From NCBI GenBank assembly GCA_001794055.1, contig MGJB01000015.1:4264-68263 (forward strand): a stretch of 64,000 nucleotides of DNA, read 5' to 3'. A model generated the notes under the pieces. That model was not told where the DNA came from, did no database searches, and saw only the letters and a program-made list of their open reading frames with translations. Shown here one piece after another: positions 18,162 to 25,911 of the stretch (the stretch's first letter is position 1; each line of letters opens with the position of its first letter). The translations under genes and the position numbers were made by a program. The stretch comes from Candidatus Yanofskybacteria bacterium RIFCSPHIGHO2_01_FULL_41_26. Lineage in GTDB: Bacteria; Patescibacteriota; Minisyncoccia; 2-02-FULL-40-12; GWA2-44-9.

Positions 18162-18785
18162 TTAAAGATTAATCCCCGTTATGAGTCTGTAGAGAATTGA
18201 GACCAATGGCCACATCAAAGGGAAAATAAATATCAAAAACACAAACAATAATACCAGGCTATATCTGTAGAGAAAAACCTTAAGAGCGTTGAATCTGGCT
18301 GGAAGAAATGTCATCAAAAGCCAGTGGCCATCCAGCGGCGGTATAGGGAAAAGGTTGAAAATTGCCAGTACAAGATTTAAAAGAATTATAAATGAAAATA
18401 ATTGAGGTACCAGAGGAGATGTAAATATATCGGGAATTAAGCGTAAGCTTAATCCGAATATCAAAGCAAGAACAATATTGGAAGCCGGGCCGGCAAGGGC
18501 GACTTTGGCTGGACCGTATTTCTTGTCACTCAAATTTTGCGGATTATATGGGACAGGTTTGGCATAACCAATAAGGAACGGCGAACGCACCAAAAACAAA
18601 AGAAGCGGCAAAAGCACCGACCCAAACATGTCCAGATGTTTTAGGGGGTTCAGGGTCAAACGGTCGAGATTTTTGGCGGTAGGATCCCCCAAGAACTCGG
18701 CCATCAAGCCATGGCTAACCTCATGGATAACCACGGAATAAATCAAGACAACGACATAAAAAATTGGGAGTAGTAATGCTTCCAT
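18162..18785 (-). CDS. Site-2 protease family (M50) zinc metalloprotease
   Basis: HEVSHG (HExxH) and NLFPIPPLDG motifs, multi-TM. Confidence 0.8.
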   Translation of the reverse strand: MEALLLPIFYVVVLIYSVVIHEVSHGLMAEFLGDPTAKNLDRLTLNPLKHLDMFGSVLLPLLLFLVRSPFLIGYAKPVPYNPQNLSDKKYGPAKVALAGPASNIVLALIFGLSLRLIPDIFTSPLVPQLFSFIILLNLVLAIFNLFPIPPLDGHWLLMTFLPARFNALKVFLYRYSLVLLFVFLIFIFPLMWPLVSILYRLITGINL

Positions 18786-18832
18786 ACTTGAAATCCTAAC
18801 AATTTTAATGTATTATGTAAATCACTAATATT

Positions 18833-19015
18833 ATGGCTACCAAATGTCCGCAATGCGGAAAAAAACCAATAATGTCTACGACGAGAATTTTACTTCGCGG
18901 TCATTATAATCCAACCGCAAAGTCCAAGAGATACCCCAACCTCCAATGGGCAAAAGTTAATGGAAAAAGAATCAAGATTTGCACCGACTGCATAAAAACT
19001 CTCAATAAAAACTAG
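18833..19015 (+). CDS. rpmB: 50S ribosomal protein L28 (Zn-binding form)
   Basis: 60 aa; CPQCGKK...CTDC and NLQ motif characteristic of L28. Confidence 0.8.
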   Translation: MATKCPQCGKKPIMSTTRILLRGHYNPTAKSKRYPNLQWAKVNGKRIKICTDCIKTLNKN

Positions 19016-19023
19016 TCAGCCAT

Positions 19024-19097
19024 CGGGCCGTCGTATAATGGTAGTACGCGTGGCTGGGGGTCATGCAGCTGGAGTTCGATTCTCCACGGCCCGACCA
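19024..19097 (+). tRNA. tRNA-Pro (anticodon GGG), CCA encoded
   Basis: Manual cloverleaf: acceptor CGGGCCG/CGGCCCG, D and T arms fold, anticodon loop CUGGGGG with U33 and G37. Confidence 0.85.
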
Positions 19098-19115
19098 AAT
19101 GATTGTAGGATACGA

Positions 19116-19140
19116 ATAAAAAATGCGGACAAACGTCCGC
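19116..19140 (-). terminator. Rho-independent terminator after TonB-domain gene
   Basis: gcggac-aaac-gtccgc stem followed by T-run on minus strand. Confidence 0.65.
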
Positions 19141-19149
19141 GGAATGGTT

Positions 19150-19932
19150 TTATACAATTTTAAAATTTATAGTTACTGTAAGTATAACTTCTCTGACCTC
19201 GCCGTCGACAACAACCGGCTCATACTCCCATTTTTTTACCGCTTCAAGCGCAGCCGAATCAAGAAAAGGCACCAACTGAACTATTCTGACATTTTTTATT
19301 TTGCCATTTTTGCCTATTAAAGCTTCGACTATTACCATGCCCTCAATTCTAGCCCTCAACGCATTAATGGGATATTCCGGATGAACATATTTTATTCTTT
19401 TAAGCAGAGTGGGGTTTCCCTTAACTTCAACCGGACCTTTGGGCAACGAACCCGATGATGGATTCTGGCCAACAGTCCCTCCAGGGACACCTCCGGGTAT
19501 TCCTCCTGGAACTCCTTCACCTGCGCCAGGATAATCACTTGCGGTATCATCCTCTGTTTTTTCTTTTAATTTTGTGGGTTCTGGTTTTATTTTTTCCGGC
19601 GCCTCAATTGGAATCGACAAAGTTTTAACTTCCTTGGGTGTTTCGATTTTTTGTTCAACTAATTTTTTTAGAGAATTTTTAGCTCTCGGTTTTGGCCTCG
19701 GCGGAAGCGGCGGAGGTGGCGGTTTAATATTTTTTAAAAAGACTGGAGTCGGTAAACTGGACACAGAATCTGAAAAACGAACCGGCGGTTTGTTTGGGGG
19801 AGTAAAACTAAACCAAACTACCAATACAAGCACATGAACCAGTCCAGAAAAAACTATCAGATACCGAAACTCCTTCCCGTTGCCGACAACCAAAGTGCGA
19901 TGAATGGTATTTTCAAAGAGCCGGTTTTCCAA
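19150..19932 (-). CDS. TonB C-terminal domain protein with Pro-rich spacer and N-terminal TM
   Basis: PPPPLPPRPKPR spacer; C-terminal ~90 aa resembles TonB_C (YPINALRARIEGMVIVEALIGKNGKI). Confidence 0.6.
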   Translation of the reverse strand: MENRLFENTIHRTLVVGNGKEFRYLIVFSGLVHVLVLVVWFSFTPPNKPPVRFSDSVSSLPTPVFLKNIKPPPPPLPPRPKPRAKNSLKKLVEQKIETPKEVKTLSIPIEAPEKIKPEPTKLKEKTEDDTASDYPGAGEGVPGGIPGGVPGGTVGQNPSSGSLPKGPVEVKGNPTLLKRIKYVHPEYPINALRARIEGMVIVEALIGKNGKIKNVRIVQLVPFLDSAALEAVKKWEYEPVVVDGEVREVILTVTINFKIV

Positions 19933-19981
19933 TTTCGATCCTATGTTTTATACCCGATTACTGACAAGATATCACTAATAA

Positions 19982-20009
19982 CAAAAAACACCAAGAAAGG
20001 TGTTTTTTG
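19982..20009. terminator. Bidirectional hairpin terminator
   Basis: aaaaaacacc-aagaaa-ggtgttttttg. Confidence 0.55.
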
Positions 20010-20154
20010 TTGGGCCAATCTCTTGTTTTTCAAGTCTTCAGCTATTTACCAAAAGTGGTCTCCGCAGGGCAACTCCAAGGAGTTGCCGTCATATAAGAAA
20101 CCCGAGATAATTATTTGTTCTAAAGCTTGGAAACAAAAGAAGGGCCTATTCTCA

Positions 20155-20628
20155 TTATACTTCATCTTCTGCGTAGTAAAAGTGGATATCCGGCCGGGTA
20201 TAACTGAAAAGCTCGTTTTTTTTAAAGAATATCCCTATTTCTCTCTTTGCTGCTTTTTGATCCTCGGATGAGTGAATAATGGTAGCCGAAGTAGACATGC
20301 TATAATCCCCTCTTATCGTGCCGGGTGGAGCATTTTTACCATCCGTCGATCCGCACATAGTCCGAACTACCCTGATAACATCCAACCCCTCAAGCACAAT
20401 TAATACCACCGGAAGAGATTTCATAAATTTCTTAAGATGCGGCAAAAAATGCTTGCCTTTATGCTGAACGTAGTGTTTATCTAAAAGCAGGTCAGACATC
20501 TTTATCATTTTCATGCCCACCGGCCTTATCCCTTTCTGTTCAAATCTGTCCAAGACCTCACCGACTATCCCCCGATGAACAGCATCTGGTTTCAAAATTA
20601 TAAGTGTTCTTTCTTTTGTTTTATTCAT
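20155..20628 (-). CDS. ndk: Nucleoside diphosphate kinase
   Basis: 157 aa; LIILKPDAV..., GTIRGDY motif. Confidence 0.85.
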   Translation of the reverse strand: MNKTKERTLIILKPDAVHRGIVGEVLDRFEQKGIRPVGMKMIKMSDLLLDKHYVQHKGKHFLPHLKKFMKSLPVVLIVLEGLDVIRVVRTMCGSTDGKNAPPGTIRGDYSMSTSATIIHSSEDQKAAKREIGIFFKKNELFSYTRPDIHFYYAEDEV

Positions 20629-20660
20629 GTTGGTATTCTACATATTCTACACAAAATTAA

Positions 20661-20688
20661 CAAAAAGAAAAGCCGAGTTAGGCTCGGC
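20661..20688 (-). terminator. Rho-independent terminator after AAA ATPase gene
   Basis: gccgag-tta-ggctcggc stem with downstream T-run on minus strand. Confidence 0.6.
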
Positions 20689-20695
20689 GCATTAA

Positions 20696-21892
20696 TTATC
20701 TACTCGGACTAAATCCTGCCTGTTCAGCGTTTTCACAAGCCCTAAGTTGATCATGTAATCCTTCAGCAACTTCAATCAAAATCTCTTGGGTAACAACAGG
20801 TTTATCTCCATTTTTTGCTCTATTTACGGCAGCAAGGGTTGCTCCGACACCAACACCCTCCCCGACAAAAGCAGGTGTCATGCGAGAAGTCGCCTCGCCA
20901 ACTCTTTTCCAATCAATATTGGGATCAAGATATCCTGATGGAACAACAACCTTCAAAAGACGCTCCGTGTCTTCCGGGGTGAAAATGTCGAAATTAATTG
21001 TTTTATCTATCCGTCCCGGTCTTTGAAGCCCTCCCGCAATTTTATCTTTAAAATTTGTAGTAAGGACAACTAAGATTTCAGAGTCTTTTGATGTCATTCC
21101 ATCAATTGCCGACACCATCTTGGTCGTACCATAAAAATCACCCAAGCGTTGCTCTCGATCAAAATCTTCAATAACGAGCATAGCCGGAGGGTATTTTTTA
21201 CATAATTGGAGCATAAATTCAACTGCTCCAGACGCATCCTGACTCGTTGGTTCCAGATAATAAACAGTGAATCCATTTTCAATACCAAGCTTTGCCGCCA
21301 CAAGAGCAGCCATTGTTTTTCCTGTTCCAAATCTACCTTGAAATAAAACCTTGCGCCTAATACGCACACCGTCTCGGCGTAATTGTTCTGTCTTTTGCAT
21401 TAAGACGAAAAGATTGTCTTTCAATTCTTGCAACACTCTCGGATTATAGACAAGCGCATCTAAATCAACCTTACTCAAGTCCATAAATCCTCTTGAAGAT
21501 GTCACGGCCTTGCCCTTATACAGACTGGTGGTTTTCAGACTTGTTTTAACATTGTCCATAAAAGACTCTGCCTTGGCAATTTCGTTTTTATCTACAAAGG
21601 CTTGGATGGTCGAGCCGTCTAAAACAAAATCTCCTTCAATCCCCTTTATTCTCATCTGGCCCATGACGATCTTCTCTTCCTGATTTAGTCCGACTTTCAC
21701 CGTTGAAAAAGCGACGGGATTTCTTGGCAACCAGAACTTATCCTTGGTACCAAAAAATGGATCCGGGCCAAACATCGCCTTAGCAGTATTATTGAACGCC
21801 ACGGCTAAATCGATAGAATCATATTCAAAACCTCGCACAATAACAACCTTCTCTTTGGTCATTGCAGTTTCCTTGTAAAAATACGATTTCAA
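20696..21892 (-). CDS. AAA+ ATPase with uncharacterised ~170 aa N-terminal domain
   Basis: Walker A GRFGTGKTM, Walker B MLVIEDFD, Arg finger region RPGRID. Confidence 0.75.
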   Translation of the reverse strand: MKSYFYKETAMTKEKVVIVRGFEYDSIDLAVAFNNTAKAMFGPDPFFGTKDKFWLPRNPVAFSTVKVGLNQEEKIVMGQMRIKGIEGDFVLDGSTIQAFVDKNEIAKAESFMDNVKTSLKTTSLYKGKAVTSSRGFMDLSKVDLDALVYNPRVLQELKDNLFVLMQKTEQLRRDGVRIRRKVLFQGRFGTGKTMAALVAAKLGIENGFTVYYLEPTSQDASGAVEFMLQLCKKYPPAMLVIEDFDREQRLGDFYGTTKMVSAIDGMTSKDSEILVVLTTNFKDKIAGGLQRPGRIDKTINFDIFTPEDTERLLKVVVPSGYLDPNIDWKRVGEATSRMTPAFVGEGVGVGATLAAVNRAKNGDKPVVTQEILIEVAEGLHDQLRACENAEQAGFSPSR

Positions 21893-21985
21893 CTATTGTG
21901 CCATTAATTTAAAAAAATGCAAGCTTTAATTAGATCCGAGTAAATAAAAAGAAAAGCCGCCCAATAGACGGCAAAGACCAGAGAA

Positions 21986-23170
21986 TTAGAACATCACCCT
22001 GATATTGCAATATACCTTATCGTTTTTTCCGTTATCTTCGATATCGCGTTTATAGAAACCACCGAATCTGATGTTATCGACTGGAAAATAGGTAAGTGCT
22101 CCTGTCAGCCACTCCTTACCAGTACCAACTATATTTCCGGAAACAATATTGTCATAGAGAACTGCCGGTTGCCACCGATTGTTCAGCATATAGGAGACAG
22201 TGAAACCGTAGCCGAGAAATCCGTCAGACTTAACATTGTTGCCCACCAGAAGATAGTTGTCCTCATGTCCTACTCTAGCGGCGGCTTGAAGATCAAGTTG
22301 TCCGGCACGCAAGTTAAAGGCTGGGATCACCCAACGAAAATTATTATCCACCTGAGAATCCTTTCCCCCATTCTTAACATCGGTTCCTTCGTAATAGGTC
22401 ACTGAAAAGTTGGTACCATCGATCGGTTTGACATCGATGTTATATCTGACTCCCAACCAAGTGTTGAGAGTATCATTGCTCGTTGGAGTAACTACTCCGG
22501 ACGATAGACCAGCATAGTAGGTAACTTTCCCCAAGTCGCCATAAAGCATGGCGCCGGGACGGGCAGAAGAAGCGTTTACCGAAGCCTCGCCCTTGCCGCG
22601 TGATGGCTTGATGCCAAAGAATTCGTTCTGCTCGGGCGGAATGATCCTAAGGCGATTTGAGAATGAAGAATGATCCAACGGTGACAGATTGCCGATAGTC
22701 ACATTAAGAGCTTTTGTTCCAAACAAATTGTGAAAGCCAAATTTGTACCACGAAAAATGTGCACCGCTGGTAGTAATTTCGTTCTCAATAAAGATCGAGA
22801 TATTTTTGGTAATCGCGCCGGCTACAAAAAACTGCAGCCAGTTGGGATTGCCATAAACAACAGTCCTGCTCGAAACATGGGCGGAAACCGGAGTAATATT
22901 CAATCTCAATCCAAGAATGTCGGTAACGTTATCCAAAGACAAACGTTCTCCAATCTTGGTCTTGCCGGTAATAGCTCCATCCATATCACCAGGCACTTGA
23001 TAGCCGTTTCGCATGAATTCTTCACCGAATGAGTTGAGTCTGGGAAATCCTTGGTGGCACAAGCTGCATTCCGCCTTATACTTCCTCGCCCATTGCGAGG
23101 TTGCCAATACTGTACTGGGCCAAATAACCCCACACAGAACAAGAAGTCCGACTGACACGAGTTTCCTCAT
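21986..23170 (-). CDS. Secreted beta-rich protein with single CXXCH motif and C-terminal Phe (beta-barrel-like)
   Basis: Start moved to MRKLVSVGLLVLCG signal peptide; AECSLCHQG heme-type motif; alternating beta-strand pattern; ends ...RVMF. Confidence 0.5.
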   Translation of the reverse strand: MRKLVSVGLLVLCGVIWPSTVLATSQWARKYKAECSLCHQGFPRLNSFGEEFMRNGYQVPGDMDGAITGKTKIGERLSLDNVTDILGLRLNITPVSAHVSSRTVVYGNPNWLQFFVAGAITKNISIFIENEITTSGAHFSWYKFGFHNLFGTKALNVTIGNLSPLDHSSFSNRLRIIPPEQNEFFGIKPSRGKGEASVNASSARPGAMLYGDLGKVTYYAGLSSGVVTPTSNDTLNTWLGVRYNIDVKPIDGTNFSVTYYEGTDVKNGGKDSQVDNNFRWVIPAFNLRAGQLDLQAAARVGHEDNYLLVGNNVKSDGFLGYGFTVSYMLNNRWQPAVLYDNIVSGNIVGTGKEWLTGALTYFPVDNIRFGGFYKRDIEDNGKNDKVYCNIRVMF

Positions 23171-23275
23171 GGTCTCCTTTCGTTTGCTTAAAGATCTGTT
23201 GAACCCGGGAGATATTCCCAAATTCAACCAAAAGCCATCATACATCACGCTGAATAATTTTGTCAACCTTGGTAA

Positions 23276-23893
23276 TTAAGGCAAACCGCTCCAGCTTTTA
23301 TATTCCTTTCTCAAGCGTTCCAATTCATATGAGCTAATATTGTTATACACATCCAACCAATTAGTGCTTATCGCTTTCTGAGCAAAACTTAAACCAATAT
23401 TTCCCAGACAAACCTGTTCATGCAAGTAATTCTCAACAAGATCTTTTTCGCGAAAACCAGGTCCGCCAGCTGGCGGATCCGCCGCTTCGGGAAATAAATT
23501 CGCGATATCATTATTTCCTCCGAGAGCTAGCGGTATGAAGTGATCCGTTTCATATGAACCGAATGGCGGCGGATATGCCACTCCGTATTCCCTGTAAACT
23601 TTCTTTTTCAACGATACCGATACCGCCCGCACGGTTTTGGTATACCCCTTAACACAAATCTGTTCTCTTGTAACATTAGGAAATACCGCTCCGGGCGTAC
23701 ATTGCGGATCAGGCAAACTGCCGTTAATAATACAATTAAACGTTTTTGTCCGGACGGCTAACTGGAGTGGTTCCTCAACTATCGCCTTCTGAAAATTGAC
23801 GGAAACTACTGAATCCTGTCCAGCATAATATGCCGTCATGCCGGCAACGAAAAAAGCTATTCCGAACCATAGTGATTTTTTTGAAATTTTCAT
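23276..23893 (-). CDS. Secreted/membrane-anchored HNH endonuclease
   Basis: N-terminal hydrophobic segment; YETDHFIPLALGGNNDIANLF HNH signature. Confidence 0.7.
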   Translation of the reverse strand: MKISKKSLWFGIAFFVAGMTAYYAGQDSVVSVNFQKAIVEEPLQLAVRTKTFNCIINGSLPDPQCTPGAVFPNVTREQICVKGYTKTVRAVSVSLKKKVYREYGVAYPPPFGSYETDHFIPLALGGNNDIANLFPEAADPPAGGPGFREKDLVENYLHEQVCLGNIGLSFAQKAISTNWLDVYNNISSYELERLRKEYKSWSGLP

Positions 23894-25413
23894 TTATTCC
23901 TTCTTAATCTCCAAATTACAAATATGATAATCGCATATGCGCCAACAAGCGTAAACCATTTTATTGAAACATTAATTGCCGCAAACGACAACGAACCAAA
24001 CCATTTTATTACTTCTAATTGATACGTCCCTAAACCCAAAACAAGAAGACCGATTGCCCGTCCCAGCGGAGCAAAAATCATTCCGCCGACACCGGCTAAA
24101 AAACCAAAAAGCATTGTGAGAGGCATTAGTGGCAAAACCAAAACGTTGGCCAGCAAAGAAACAAGCGAAACTTGGTGAAAATAATAAATAATGAGCGGAA
24201 ACACAAGTGTTTGGGCAGAAATTGTCATTAATAATGATTCTTTCAATCCGGCTACTTCCGGAATTTTTTTGGCCCTCATTTCCATGGCAGGGTAAAAATA
24301 AATTAATCCAAGAACGGCGAGGAAAGACAACTGAAATCCAATATCAAAAACCAGAACAAACGGATTAAAAAATACCATCAGTCCGGCTGCCAACGCAATT
24401 CCGTTTCGGGCATCATAAAGCCGACCATAGCCATTCGCAAAAAGCAGGAGCAACCCCATTGTGGCGGCTCTGACTACAGAAGCGGAGGCTCCGGTTAAAA
24501 TTGTAAAAAACAAAATAACAACTACCGAAATCCAGAAGGCGCGCCTACGCCGCATTACTAACACAAGCGCCGCCAACAACGACTCGGCAATGATGGTTAT
24601 GTTATACCCCGAGATGGCCAAGATGTGGGAGGTGCTTGTTTTATTAAAGGCGTCTTTAATTGATTGGGGAATATCCTGACGGCTCCCCAACAGGATGCCG
24701 TTGATATAAGCCGCGTATGGCTCAGTTATAGATTTTTTTACCGCCAGTTCAAATCTGTCTTTAAGTCCAAATATTTTTTTGTACAAACTTATTTTTGTTC
24801 TCTCGAAAAATTCTAACTCATAATACGCCAAGGTGTCGTGAGCTGCATTAACCTTCGGAAAAGACATGATCGTGCGGACATCTTTGTTTTTGAGATATTG
24901 AATATAATCAAAGCCGCTGAAATTTTGCGGCATTTCTAAAAAACCGGTAATCGAAAGCCTGTCCCCGAATTGGCGTGCTGGAAAAGAATTCGTCCTTATT
25001 AAGGTCCGTTCGTTAACATTAAAAATTTTATCCGATACAACCAATTCCATTACCCTGAATATAAATTGAGATTTAAGTCCATTTACATCCGGCTCGTTGT
25101 CTACATAACCGTTAAGAATGACTTGGATGCCCTTTCCTCCGACTTCCACGTCAGCAAATTGATTTAAAATACTGTTGTCCAAATTAAACGAATTAAATCT
25201 AATAATGCCAAAAACAGTCGCGATAAGAATCGCTCCGGCAAGTAATCCTCTTCTAGAATATGCTCTGCGGTAACCTGAAACCGCAATCAACCCAATCGCA
25301 AAAATTAAAAAAACGAGTATCCATGTTTGAGATATCAGCAGAAATGAAGCAACAAAAACCCCGACCAAAAAAGCAACAATAAGATAAAACAAAATCTGGG
25401 ATTTATGCATCAA
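23890..25413 (-). CDS. comEC: ComEC/Rec2 family DNA internalisation channel
   Basis: 507 aa polytopic; competence-domain motif HILAISGYNITII. Confidence 0.8.
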   Translation of the reverse strand: MMHKSQILFYLIVAFLVGVFVASFLLISQTWILVFLIFAIGLIAVSGYRRAYSRRGLLAGAILIATVFGIIRFNSFNLDNSILNQFADVEVGGKGIQVILNGYVDNEPDVNGLKSQFIFRVMELVVSDKIFNVNERTLIRTNSFPARQFGDRLSITGFLEMPQNFSGFDYIQYLKNKDVRTIMSFPKVNAAHDTLAYYELEFFERTKISLYKKIFGLKDRFELAVKKSITEPYAAYINGILLGSRQDIPQSIKDAFNKTSTSHILAISGYNITIIAESLLAALVLVMRRRRAFWISVVVILFFTILTGASASVVRAATMGLLLLFANGYGRLYDARNGIALAAGLMVFFNPFVLVFDIGFQLSFLAVLGLIYFYPAMEMRAKKIPEVAGLKESLLMTISAQTLVFPLIIYYFHQVSLVSLLANVLVLPLMPLTMLFGFLAGVGGMIFAPLGRAIGLLVLGLGTYQLEVIKWFGSLSFAAINVSIKWFTLVGAYAIIIFVIWRLRRNK

Positions 25414-25743
25414 AAAATCGTATCAGGAATTATAAAAAGACTCCAGACGTCGCTCCGCTTCCCCACTTTTTTCAGAATCGCCCCTATCTGCCGGCAGACA
25501 GATCGTCAAAGTGACATAAAAAGGCTGAGCTTTTTTACAACCTAGAAAATTGGCAATAATTTATTTTAAATTAGATGCTTTTTGAAACCTTCGAAGTTCT
25601 GGTAAACATATCCCTTGAAACCAAGTTTTTCTGTGTTCCTACAGGCAAGACCTGTAGAAGTTTAAAATGGTAGTGGTTGGAGCTAATTACAATAAAGCAA
25701 AACCCTGCCCATTTGAGACCGTTTGCCTCCGAGGATAACACGA

Positions 25744-25762
25744 TTATCAAATTATTTGATAA
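25744..25762. promoter_or_regulatory. Perfect 19-bp palindrome TTATCAAATTATTTGATAA (candidate operator); related half-site at 25845-25853
   Basis: Read directly; lies in 490-nt ORF-free region between nrdJ 3' end and comEC start. Confidence 0.45.
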
Positions 25763-25911
25763 TTTACTTAATTCTAATAAATTTTAGCCGGAAAATCCCC
25801 TTGGGAGGAACGGATGCTAAGATTTGTTAAGTAAATTGAGAATAATTTGATAATCTGTCCGAAGGAGACCGAAGGCGCAGGCAATAGGTCGAGAATGGAT
25901 GGGGTTGAGCA

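Noticed and set aside
19834-20271. 145-aa plus-strand ORF
   Set aside because: It overlaps both the TonB-domain gene and ndk on the opposite strand. The intergenic part contains two terminator hairpins.
21986-23170. Calling the CXXCH beta-rich protein an outer-membrane porin
   Set aside because: C-terminal Phe and strand periodicity suggest it. However, the organism's envelope type is unknown and a single CXXCH could be fortuitous, so it is left as a secreted beta-rich protein.
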